Shown piece by piece: positions 30,033 to 39,101 of a DNA stretch of 64,000 nt (position 1 is its first letter; each line of letters opens with the position of its first letter). Location of the stretch: positions 64,001 to 128,000 of the forward strand of contig RDOC01000002.1 in the NCBI GenBank assembly GCA_011364985.1. The letters are read 5' to 3'. A program made the translations under genes and the position numbers. The DNA comes from Candidatus Thorarchaeota archaeon (lineage in GTDB: Archaea > Asgardarchaeota > Thorarchaeia > Thorarchaeales > Thorarchaeaceae). The notes under the pieces are model-generated. The model saw nothing but the letters and a program-made list of their open reading frames with translations. It was not told where the DNA came from and did not search any database.

Positions 30033-30980
30033 ATGGATTTTGATCTTTGGACAGAGAAATATAGACCGCCCACCTTGAAAGAGATTGTCGGGCAAGAACA
30101 TGTGATTGAAAGTCTAATGAGGTTTGTACATAGTCAAAACGTGCCTCATTGCCTTTTTGCAGGACCACCAGGTACGAGTAAAACAACAGCAGCTATAGCA
30201 ATGGCAAGAGATTTGTTTGGTAACACGTTTGATAGGAACTTTATGGAGTTAAATGCAAGTGATGAACGAGGTATTGATGTTGTAAGAAATCAAATCAAAA
30301 ACTTCGCTCGTACGATGCCGGCTGGTGACCTTCCGTTCAAGATACTTGTCCTCGATGAGGCAGACCATCTAACAACTGACGCACAGCATGCTCTACGAAG
30401 AACCATGGAATCATACTCGGTTTCATGTCGAATGATTCTGATATGCAACTACTCTAGTAGAATTATACCACCGATTCAGTCACGATGCGCCATCTTCAGA
30501 TTTGCGCGCTTAGAAGATAATGCGATAACTGAAAGGTTAGACCATATTGCAAAACAGGAGAAAGTAACTCTCTTGAAATCAGGTAGAGATGCAATCTTGT
30601 ATTTGTCAGAAGGCGATATGAGAGCGGCAATCAATCTACTTCAGGCTGCATCCTCGACAGGAGAGAAGATAAGCAATAGAATTGTTTTTTCGATTTCTGG
30701 ACATGCAGACCCTTCTACAGTAAGAAAAGTGCTTGACAAGGTGACATCAGGCAATTTCGATGATGCCTTGGAATTGCTGAAGTCATTGCTATATGAACAA
30801 GGAATTTCTCCTTTGGATTTGATAAGACAGATACATAGAGAGATCCTGCGGCTTGAAATCTCGCAGGAAAGGAGAATGACTCTTCTAGAGAAATCGGCTG
30901 AAACCGAGTTCAGAATAGCTGAAGGAGCCAGTGGAGAGGTGCAGCTTGCTGCTCTATTGGCGTATGTGGGGTTGGAGTAA
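30033..30980 (+). CDS. rfcS: Replication factor C small subunit
   Basis: WTEKYRP, GPPGTSKTT, ELNASDERG, LDEAD, SRC motif. ATG at 30033. Confidence 0.95.
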   Translation: MDFDLWTEKYRPPTLKEIVGQEHVIESLMRFVHSQNVPHCLFAGPPGTSKTTAAIAMARDLFGNTFDRNFMELNASDERGIDVVRNQIKNFARTMPAGDLPFKILVLDEADHLTTDAQHALRRTMESYSVSCRMILICNYSSRIIPPIQSRCAIFRFARLEDNAITERLDHIAKQEKVTLLKSGRDAILYLSEGDMRAAINLLQAASSTGEKISNRIVFSISGHADPSTVRKVLDKVTSGNFDDALELLKSLLYEQGISPLDLIRQIHREILRLEISQERRMTLLEKSAETEFRIAEGASGEVQLAALLAYVGLE

Positions 30981-30987
30981 GAATCAA

Positions 30988-32199
30988 ATGAAGAATAAAG
31001 GGCTTCCTTGGAATGAGCAACACCGGCCAACTAGCTTGGATAGTCTTGTAGGAAATACTGCAACTATTAACGAGATTCGAAATTGGATCAGCTCATGGAT
31101 AGGCGGACAGCCTGTGAGAAATGCTGCATTACTAGTAGGACCACCAGGTAGTGGCAAGACAGCAACAGTGGGTGCACTATCTCATGACTATGACTTGGAA
31201 CTTGTGGAGTTCAACTCAAGTGACAAGCGAAATAAAAATACCATAGAAACGTTCGTTTGGAGAGCTGCTACGCAGCAGACTTTAGATGGACGACTACGAT
31301 TGATATTGCTTGATGAAGTGGATGGTCTCTCTGGTACAAGTGATAGAGGCGGTGTAGGTGCAATCTCGAAAGTAATCGAGCAAACCGTTCATCCAATAAT
31401 AATGACTGCGAATGATCGGGAAAGCCCTCGATTGAAGGATTTATTGAAGAAATGTCAGATTTTTGTTTTCAATCCAATTGATTCTGTTGATATGTTCGAC
31501 CTGCTTGAGAGAATAGCAAAGTATCATAATGCTGATTTATCTAGAGAAACGATTGAAGAACTTGCAGAGCAAGCAGATGGAGATCTTCGAGCAGCAATAT
31601 CAGATTTGGAAACACTAGTGGAAGGGAAGAAAACCAGAGAAGTCGATGTGCTACCAGTAAGAGACGTACGAAGAGGAATCGAAGGGGTATTTCGTAGACT
31701 CTTTATGACAACTGATGCCTCTGCCGCTAAGAGAGTAATATCTGAGCTGGATGTGGATTACAATCAGTTGCTTCTTTGGGTGGAAGAGAATATGCACTTG
31801 CATTTAACTACACCGTTAGAACTAGACGATGGTTTTGAAGCCCTTTCATTGGCAGATCTCTCAGTAGGAAGGATAATGAAAGAGCAAAACTGGAGGCTTC
31901 TTGCGTACGTATACGATTTTCTTTCAGGAGGAGTTGCAGGAAGTAGAAAGACGAGTCCCTATAGGCGTCTTGATTATACAGAACCCACATGGCCATGGTT
32001 AGTATTTCAAGGAAATAGAAGAATGGACAAGAATTACACTCTTCTCTCAACACTTGCAAGGATTGCAGACATTTCTACACAAAGAGCTGGTCGGACCTAT
32101 GTTGATACCATTACTGAAATTGTCAAAAGAAACCCTTCACAAGGGCAAAGATTCGCTAGGTGGTTAGATGTTAGGAAAGACGTCTTCGAAATGAAATGA
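30988..32199 (+). CDS. rfcL: Replication factor C large subunit
   Basis: PWNEQHRP, GPPGSGKT, NSSDKR, LDEVDG, GDLRAAI; follows rfcS. Confidence 0.92.
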   Translation: MKNKGLPWNEQHRPTSLDSLVGNTATINEIRNWISSWIGGQPVRNAALLVGPPGSGKTATVGALSHDYDLELVEFNSSDKRNKNTIETFVWRAATQQTLDGRLRLILLDEVDGLSGTSDRGGVGAISKVIEQTVHPIIMTANDRESPRLKDLLKKCQIFVFNPIDSVDMFDLLERIAKYHNADLSRETIEELAEQADGDLRAAISDLETLVEGKKTREVDVLPVRDVRRGIEGVFRRLFMTTDASAAKRVISELDVDYNQLLLWVEENMHLHLTTPLELDDGFEALSLADLSVGRIMKEQNWRLLAYVYDFLSGGVAGSRKTSPYRRLDYTEPTWPWLVFQGNRRMDKNYTLLSTLARIADISTQRAGRTYVDTITEIVKRNPSQGQRFARWLDVRKDVFEMK

Positions 32200-33034
32200 A
32201 ATCATCACGAATAAATGATAGAGCTGTATTGTATCGTTCAATGAAGCTGACTTGTCTTTCTACGGTCTTCTGAATGCGTTTGAGAGCGGATTTGCTTCTT
32301 CTCATAATAATCGGTGTAACTGCTTCAACAAGGACAAGAAATTCCGGTGGGGCAGGATTAATTCCATTTGTAATTTCATATGTATGATTGAGAATTCTAT
32401 CAATGATATTAGGCTCAAAGTGGCCTTCTCCAATTTGTGTTAATAATCTGACAATTTTCCGTATCAATTTCCAAAGAAAATTCGTTCCATAGAAATCAAT
32501 TAGGGTTGTGTTTTTATGTGCAATAACGGAAGCGTTTAGAATTGTGGTTGATGTTGGGCGATTTTCATCGGGTTTGGATAATAAGCCAAAGTCATGAAAT
32601 CCAATAATTGTCTGAATACTGGACTGCATTGTTTCTACATTAAGCGTTCGTCCTCGAGTTGGAAGATAGTATCTATAATGACGCATAAGAATGTCAAATC
32701 TTGGTTTGAAATCAGCTGGAGCTTTACAATATGCCCATAACGTGATATCATCTGGCAAGAATCTGTTTATCCTATCAATTTCCAGAGGTCTTTCTGTTTG
32801 GATTGCTACAATCTGTCCATAGCTATGCACACCACGATCTGTTCGCCCTGAAAGCTGAATCGATTCGGTATTGTGTGATTCGCTACTCCATTCTTCGATA
32901 GCTTCAATTATCTCACCTTGAATAGTAGAAAATCCGGGCTGATATTGGGATCCGAAGTAATTTGTTCCCAGATAGAAAAGACGACAAATATAGGTATCCA
33001 AACAGAAAAACCTCCTATGAGTCCCACAAATCAA
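32171..33034 (-). CDS. truA: tRNA pseudouridine(38-40) synthase
   Basis: YLGTNYFGSQYQP, SGRTDRGVH, RHYRY, FLWKLIRK. Confidence 0.92.
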   Translation of the reverse strand: MICGTHRRFFCLDTYICRLFYLGTNYFGSQYQPGFSTIQGEIIEAIEEWSSESHNTESIQLSGRTDRGVHSYGQIVAIQTERPLEIDRINRFLPDDITLWAYCKAPADFKPRFDILMRHYRYYLPTRGRTLNVETMQSSIQTIIGFHDFGLLSKPDENRPTSTTILNASVIAHKNTTLIDFYGTNFLWKLIRKIVRLLTQIGEGHFEPNIIDRILNHTYEITNGINPAPPEFLVLVEAVTPIIMRRSKSALKRIQKTVERQVSFIERYNTALSFIRDDFISFRRRLS

Positions 33035-33311
33035 AAAGGTTTCTGAACGAGCGTGCGCGTAGGTCCTCTATCCGGTATCGATAGATTTTGATTCGGCCGA
33101 ATATTTTCTCCTCAACAAGACCAGAATCGATTAGGACTTCAAGATGCGATTTTGTAGAGCTGTGATTCAATGACACTCTCCTGCACAATTCAGAGATATT
33201 CAATTCATTCGATGTGGCCAGCTCCTTGAGTATCTTGATACGGCCTTTTGAAGAAAACAACTCTTCAATTGGTATTCTCGATAAGGGGTTCTGTGTATCT
33301 GTGATTGAAAT
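33015..33311 (-). CDS. Small ArsR-like winged-helix protein downstream of cdc6
   Basis: LFSSKGRIKIL...ELNISELCRRV.LNH...HLEVL..GLVEEKIFGRIKIY. The frame is open upstream to an ATT/ATC next to a GGAGG SD, so the start is uncertain. Confidence 0.8.
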   Translation of the reverse strand: MSITDTQNPLSRIPIEELFSSKGRIKILKELATSNELNISELCRRVSLNHSSTKSHLEVLIDSGLVEEKIFGRIKIYRYRIEDLRARSFRNLFDLWDS

Positions 33312-33320
33312 GACCTCCTA

Positions 33321-34514
33321 TTATTCAAGAATGTCCAGAAGGTAGTCCTCTAGCATCTCTGCAGGAACATCTGAAAGCCCAATAAGAGTAGTCTGTCCCC
33401 GTTGACCAGCTCCGGACCGTTTTGTATCAACAAGTCGGTGAGCAGTTAAATCTTGGACCCACTCCCAAACTTGAGTATGTGCCCGTGGTTCTTCGGAGTA
33501 CTCCTCACAAACGGTTCGATACATTTCTTCGAGTTCGCCCATAGTAATGTAAGCACTTCGAATTTCCCTGAGCTGTCTTGCTGCTGCCAAGAGAAGCAAT
33601 ATGTTTTGTCTTGGAAGCGTGGCGAAAACTTCCTTTCTTAGCTCAGGATGGGTGTCAGCCTTTGCATGGCGAGCGTAATCAGGAATCACTCTTCTTGATG
33701 TCTCACGATCAGCTTGTTTTCCAGACCGCCATAGTAGCTCTATTGCGTATCTTGCATCTCCACGTTCGGATGCAATATCGCAAATAATCTGAAGCGTTTC
33801 ATCCATGACTGTGTCTTTTTCAAATGCCATTTGGACCCTTTCTTTTAGAATGTCATATAGGGCTTCGGAGCTGTATTTCTGAAATCTCAAGAGATTTCTT
33901 TGTAATGTGCTAAGTGTACTAGAGTCTAATATATCTTCATCAAGGGGAATCTTCCTTCCTATTGCGATTATCGAGAGTCTCTGAGGAGCATTTAGCCGAT
34001 TGTCCATTAGCCGAGTCAAATCGTAAAGGATGTCTGCGCCACGTTGTTTAATGAAATAGTCCAATTCATCAAGGATCAGGAGAAGGTATGAGTCTTCTTC
34101 GTCTAGTACTTCAACAATCATATCTAAAAGCTCTTCTGGGGAATGACCACGTCGCGGAAATCTAGGTCTGAATTCGCGAAGCATACGGAGGTAGACAAGG
34201 TATGCGCTCTTGCTCACTCTGCAATTGATGTGAAGCTTGTTGAGTCTGATCCCCCTTCGAGTCGCTGCAAGTACCATTTGTTCTGCGAAAAGCTTGGCAA
34301 CGGCTGTCTTTCCTGTACCAACAGGGCCTTCGATTATGAATCTATGACTAGTCTGACCTGGTGATGTTATGAGAGTCTTGAAGCTCTGAGCAAGTGTTCT
34401 TAGTTCCTCTTCTCGATGAGGAAGTGATTCTGGGATATAATCAACAGACAGGAGCTGTTCTGATTTGAAAACACTCTTCCTACTCAATTCATCCTCAATG
34501 AAGTCATGACTCAT
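33321..34514 (-). CDS. cdc6: Orc1/Cdc6 replication initiator
   Basis: LSVDYIPESLPHREEE, GPVGTGKT, INC, LDELD, GDARYAI, C-terminal wHTH (GQRGQT). Confidence 0.95.
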   Translation of the reverse strand: MSHDFIEDELSRKSVFKSEQLLSVDYIPESLPHREEELRTLAQSFKTLITSPGQTSHRFIIEGPVGTGKTAVAKLFAEQMVLAATRRGIRLNKLHINCRVSKSAYLVYLRMLREFRPRFPRRGHSPEELLDMIVEVLDEEDSYLLLILDELDYFIKQRGADILYDLTRLMDNRLNAPQRLSIIAIGRKIPLDEDILDSSTLSTLQRNLLRFQKYSSEALYDILKERVQMAFEKDTVMDETLQIICDIASERGDARYAIELLWRSGKQADRETSRRVIPDYARHAKADTHPELRKEVFATLPRQNILLLLAAARQLREIRSAYITMGELEEMYRTVCEEYSEEPRAHTQVWEWVQDLTAHRLVDTKRSGAGQRGQTTLIGLSDVPAEMLEDYLLDILE

Positions 34515-34728
34515 CGTAATCAAATTCAAAGCAAATAGCTATCTTAAAAGTATTATGAGAAATGTACACTTAACCGTATTCTTAGATAGGGGATTCCCGA
34601 AAGTAATATTGGCGAGTTCTTTACTCAAGATCCATATCATCGTCACAGGAGACTCATGGGGGTCAGAGCAATCATTACTCGCCATGAGAAGAATGTAAGA
34701 ATCAGGCCTTAAGTATGATGTCATAGAT

Positions 34729-34803
34729 TGGTGCGACCGCCGGGATTCGAACCCGAGTCGCAGGCTTGGGAAGCCTGCATCATAACCCCTAGACAACGGT
34801 CGC
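34729..34803 (-). tRNA. tRNA-Gly(CCC), intronless, CCA encoded
   Basis: Reverse complement GCGACCGTTGTCTAGGGGTTATGATGCAGGCTTCCCAAGCCTGCGACTCGGGTTCGAATCCCGGCGGTCGCACCA folds as a canonical cloverleaf. Confidence 0.96.
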
Positions 34804-35010
34804 AATTCCGAAACACGATTATATCTGGTCGTAATTTAAGATTGTTGATATAATATTCGTATGGCAATTCAGTGAGAATCTTCCGTTTTGACGTTCATTT
34901 GTTGATGAGGGAGCATCGGCAAACTATGAAATGTAACCGGTCTTTGTAATGAACCAAATCTCAATCCTTATCTTGAGATTGCTTTCAGCTGAATACTTGG
35001 AAGTCTGGAT

Positions 35011-36150
35011 ATGTCTGAAGAAAAGAAAAGAACCTATTTTTGGCAAGGAAATCAGGCATGTGCAGAAGCAGCAATATCTGCAGGATGTAGGTTCTTCGCA
35101 GGCTACCCGATTACTCCAGCTTCTGAGATAGCAGAAATCATGGCCAAGAGGCTTCCTGAAGTTGGAGGAACATACCTTCAGATGGAAGATGAGATAGGGG
35201 CTATTTCAGCAATAGTTGGGGCTTCATGGGGAGGCATGCTTTCCATGACTGCAACATCTGGGCCAGGTTTTAGCCTGATGCAGGAAAATATAGGTTATGC
35301 AATCATGACCGAAACCCCTTGTGTAATCATTGATGTTCAGCGAGCTGGACCCAGTACAGGACAAGCAACGAAGGTGGCCCAAGGGGATTTTATGCAAGCA
35401 AGGTGGGGCACACACGGAGACCATGAGAGTATTGTACTGGCACCAAATTCGGCTCAGGAGTGTTATGAACTCACTCTGAGGGCTTTTCAAATCTCAGAAA
35501 GCATTAGACACCCAGTTATTCTTCTATCAGATGAAGTGGTAGCACATTCACGTGAAGGTGTCGTAGTAAAGCCAAATGATGATGTACAAGTTCATCGTAG
35601 GTTTGCTAGGAAAAATGAACCACATTTTGGAGGAATTGATGCAAAGAAACAAGCCATAATGCCAAGATTCGGAGATGGCCATGATTTGCTTGTCACTGGT
35701 TCAACTCATGATAAGGAAGGTTTTAGAAAAACATCCGATCCAGAAGCCCATAATGCACTTGTCCGACGACTCGCATTGAAAATTCAGAACAATCGATCTT
35801 TACTGACCGATTTCGTGGTTTCAGGTCCTGAAACAGGTGACTGGGGAATAATCTCGTATGGATGTACATCAAGATCTGTTGAGGAACTTATAGCAACCAA
35901 TTCCAGCAAACTGGCAATTAGATCATTTAGACCCAGAGGAATATGGCCATTCCCTGATGTGGAAATGCGCGAATTTGCGCAATCGGTCGACCGATTATTG
36001 GTCCCTGAACTTAGTCTCGGACAATTATCAAGAGAAGTATCTAGATCTGTGGGATCTGACAAGGAGATAGTGTCATTGACCAAGATTGGTGGTGGGTTAT
36101 TAATCGAACCAGATGAGCTGTTAAGAAAGATATCGGAAGAGCTTTCGTAA
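35011..36150 (+). CDS. korA: 2-oxoacid:ferredoxin oxidoreductase alpha subunit
   Basis: GNQACAE, AGYPITPASE, QMEDE, TATSGPGFSLMQE, QRAGPSTG. Confidence 0.93.
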   Translation: MSEEKKRTYFWQGNQACAEAAISAGCRFFAGYPITPASEIAEIMAKRLPEVGGTYLQMEDEIGAISAIVGASWGGMLSMTATSGPGFSLMQENIGYAIMTETPCVIIDVQRAGPSTGQATKVAQGDFMQARWGTHGDHESIVLAPNSAQECYELTLRAFQISESIRHPVILLSDEVVAHSREGVVVKPNDDVQVHRRFARKNEPHFGGIDAKKQAIMPRFGDGHDLLVTGSTHDKEGFRKTSDPEAHNALVRRLALKIQNNRSLLTDFVVSGPETGDWGIISYGCTSRSVEELIATNSSKLAIRSFRPRGIWPFPDVEMREFAQSVDRLLVPELSLGQLSREVSRSVGSDKEIVSLTKIGGGLLIEPDELLRKISEELS

Positions 36151-38483
36151 ATCGTGATTTCATTCTGCAGTGATACAGCTTGCTGTTCTTGATTGTCAAT
36201 AATCAGGACGATGCTGGTTCGCATCCATACTATCGTTCTAAACGACTTGTTAAGAGAAATACACCATGCTGTAGTGATTTCGAAAAGAATTTGATGCTCT
36301 CCGGGTTGTACCCACACAGGCAGAATAAATGGGATTTCTGTGAATGTACTATGATTATTCAAGGAAATGACTGGTATTTTGAAACTATCGAGGAATATTC
36401 GTGTGCTAACAGATGATATAGATGTACCATTATCATATTGCAAAGAAACCGTTAGGTTGGCTATTTCGTTGTAGTATACTGGGCTAATTGTTACTAATCC
36501 ATCTATGGACCCCTGAATTTGGACTTCGATCTCAGGAGTTTCCAAAAGGGTATATGTTACGTTTACTATCGAAATCATTAGTACATGAATACCAAGAGAA
36601 ACGTTGTTAGGTATTATGACCGAAATTCTCGCTTGTTTGTCAGTCATTACAGAAAATGAAAAAGAGAACTCATCCGTGAAATCATCAATCATAATCCTAA
36701 GAGATTGATTGAAAGAAAACTCAGAATCCAGAGTGAACGCTAATGACAGATTCGATCCTCTGATAGCATTCCATGACGTTTGAGCAGGTGAGAAAAGAAC
36801 AGGATATTGTATTGGGATTTCGATTGGGATTGTAGTTTCTGCTAGGTAAATTGAAGGATTTGTTTCTATAAGAATAGCAAGGTGGTGTATTCCAACTTGG
36901 GTATCTGTGGACACTAACCAATCAATATATGAAATGCCTTGCATATTTGTTGTGCCGATTCCTAAAGTAGCACCAGTTTCATTAATCAATCGTAGATTAG
37001 CTCCCTCAATGGGATCTCCCTGAGCATTTCCAACTCTTATAGCAGCCTCGGAAACATGGCCTAGGACTGTGGGTTGCACAATGTCATAGGAAACATTCGC
37101 GGAGAAGAAGATGGTAATGCTCTTAATATAGTCTAAAGATTCGTGATATAGCGTTCCATTACTTGTAGCTCTTATTAATCCAGAACCGAAAAACGTGTTT
37201 GGGATATTCAGCAAGGCCCGAATAGCCCCACTGACATTGGTTGCATGAAGACTGCTAGCAATTATCATGGTTTCATTTGATATTTCAATGAGAATTGGAT
37301 ATGACTTGATGCTTGTGTCGATTGTTGAGTCTGCGATTTCAATATCGATGACTAAGAATGCTCCACTTGTAGGGTTCTCGGAACAAGTTAAGGATAGAGT
37401 GACGTTTCTGCGAATCGCCTCTATGAGGATTGTTGATGTGCTTGATTGATACAAGGAATTGTGTGCTGTGATATTAACAGACCATATTCCTGGTGGAACT
37501 TCAAAGGGAATTGAAGCAGAATAGAATCCATTGCCAACATTGTCCATTGTTCCACTTGAAAATGAGGTCTGCCAGATTACAAGACTGTCATTCAATCTGG
37601 ATTCTGCCATATTTGTGTGAAGTATTGTAATATTGACCAATTCTGAATGATCTTCATAAGGATTTTCACATAGTATTATATTCGGAGATGATATGACTGT
37701 TATATTCGAGTGGGCAGGAAGGACAGTAATTGGAAGTGAGTCTGAGAATGGAGAGAAAGCTAGTGTACCATTGCCTGATATTGCGAGACTATAGCTTCCT
37801 GGGGGACCAAAGCTATTGCTCCAGTTCAAGGATAGGAATCCATTTGTATCTGTGATAAAATCTTGGGTGAAAACTTCAGTTGATGATTCATCGAAAACTG
37901 CAAGTGATACAGGGCTATTTGACAATACTATGTTACTGTTGTGAATGCTATTGATTCTGAATTTGAGTGTGCAATTGCTATTAAACTCGATATTTGTTGA
38001 TGATTCAGGAAGCACCTCCAGAGAACCTCTTGTAATGTTGATTGGAATTGTATCGCCGCCGCCCTGAGAATACCCGTCATATATTTCTACATTGAATATT
38101 ACATAGGCTACAGATCCATCTATGCCAGGGGAAGCGCAGTCAGGGCGAATCGTGTGTGATGAACTAAGATAGCGTATGTCGGGCAGAGCTCCAATATAGT
38201 AACTATCTGCAAAAACAACTCCTTGATCTGTTACGATTGAAAATGAAACATAACACCATCCATCTTGACTAAAGTCTGCTATTAGCTTGGCAACCATATC
38301 TATTGTTTCGCCAACTTCATAGACCAGTTTGTCGGTTTCAAAGTAGTAAAATTCGAAATAGTATGCTGTGACAGGAGCTGCGATACAAAGAATTGTTAGA
38401 ATTGAAACGGATACGATTACAATAGTCTGGTTATTCAAATAACACACCAAATGGAAGTCTTGACTATCCCTAAAAAACAGCAC
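35784..38483 (-). CDS. Large secreted beta-rich (Ig-like repeat) surface protein; 3' end overlaps korA antisense
   Basis: N-terminal hydrophobic signal-like segment, FETDKLVYEVGETI, many N-x-S/T sequons, S/T/N-rich beta repeats. Start may be TTG 38438. Confidence 0.7.
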   Translation of the reverse strand: MLFFRDSQDFHLVCYLNNQTIVIVSVSILTILCIAAPVTAYYFEFYYFETDKLVYEVGETIDMVAKLIADFSQDGWCYVSFSIVTDQGVVFADSYYIGALPDIRYLSSSHTIRPDCASPGIDGSVAYVIFNVEIYDGYSQGGGDTIPINITRGSLEVLPESSTNIEFNSNCTLKFRINSIHNSNIVLSNSPVSLAVFDESSTEVFTQDFITDTNGFLSLNWSNSFGPPGSYSLAISGNGTLAFSPFSDSLPITVLPAHSNITVISSPNIILCENPYEDHSELVNITILHTNMAESRLNDSLVIWQTSFSSGTMDNVGNGFYSASIPFEVPPGIWSVNITAHNSLYQSSTSTILIEAIRRNVTLSLTCSENPTSGAFLVIDIEIADSTIDTSIKSYPILIEISNETMIIASSLHATNVSGAIRALLNIPNTFFGSGLIRATSNGTLYHESLDYIKSITIFFSANVSYDIVQPTVLGHVSEAAIRVGNAQGDPIEGANLRLINETGATLGIGTTNMQGISYIDWLVSTDTQVGIHHLAILIETNPSIYLAETTIPIEIPIQYPVLFSPAQTSWNAIRGSNLSLAFTLDSEFSFNQSLRIMIDDFTDEFSFSFSVMTDKQARISVIIPNNVSLGIHVLMISIVNVTYTLLETPEIEVQIQGSIDGLVTISPVYYNEIANLTVSLQYDNGTSISSVSTRIFLDSFKIPVISLNNHSTFTEIPFILPVWVQPGEHQILFEITTAWCISLNKSFRTIVWMRTSIVLIIDNQEQQAVSLQNEITIYESSSDIFLNSSSGSINNPPPILVNDTISLSDPTDLDTSLDNCPRLSSGTNNRSTDCANSRISTSGNGHIPLGLNDLIASLLELVAISSSTDLDVHPYEIIPQSPVSGPETTKSVSKDRLF

Positions 38484-38544
38484 ATGATTGCAACGACAAC
38501 TTTAATTCTGGACTAGATGGAGGTTAGTTGAGTCGAAGACTTGG

Positions 38545-38922
38545 ATGGGTAAACATATGGTTGTACGGCTGAAAAATACTGTAATAGAATCAATTGAAGA
38601 TGCTGATACCAAACGATTGAAACTGATACATATTGTTTCCAAGGACGAAGGGGCTGCTATTACTCTTGAATTGCCGGAAGCTCTCTGTGAAACCTTGAAT
38701 ACAAATGATTCAGTGACTGTTACCTTAGATTCGAAAGCGTTGACAAAAGGAGAGAACTCTAGGCTGTATATGGAGGCAAGAGTTTTCAGAACAGATGGAG
38801 AAGATGAATTGAATGTCATTGCAGCTGCAGGTGGACTCAGACTAACCTTACTGATGAATAAACCTACTACTGTGCAAAAAGCCACATTTGATGCCGATAA
38901 GCTCTTTTTTGTAATACAGTAG
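38545..38922 (+). CDS. RNA polymerase subunit Rpo8/Rpb8-like (OB fold)
   Basis: About 120 aa beta-rich; LYMEARVFR...AAGGLRLTL matches the Rpb8 YxMxGxVY...GGLL pattern. Confidence 0.7.
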   Translation: MGKHMVVRLKNTVIESIEDADTKRLKLIHIVSKDEGAAITLELPEALCETLNTNDSVTVTLDSKALTKGENSRLYMEARVFRTDGEDELNVIAAAGGLRLTLLMNKPTTVQKATFDADKLFFVIQ

Positions 38923-39101
38923 ATTTCTCAAGGTCTTGAAGTTATATGTCTTATGATTAGTTACAGTGACCCCTCTTTCTGTCTAGGCTTTCTAAACCTG
39001 TGAGACAGTATATGGAATTCACTCTATGGAACTAATGGTCCTAGAGAAGGGATTAAGCTATTCTGAAAGCCAGTTAGGATTTCGTACCGCTCAAATCTTG
39101 G

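Noticed and set aside
15922-32199. Inteins in MCM, RFC or Hel308
   Set aside because: Protein lengths are normal and motifs are contiguous, with no C...HN insertions.
34530-35010. Replication origin adjacent to cdc6
   Set aside because: No ORB-like boxes or long AT-rich unwinding element visible; the region is explained by promoters and tRNA-Gly.
38970-39055. Imperfect stem (CCCTCTTTCTGTCTAGG / CCTAGAGAAGGG) upstream of the TFB paralogue
   Set aside because: Interrupted pairing with no recognisable riboswitch or ncRNA motif; could arise by chance.
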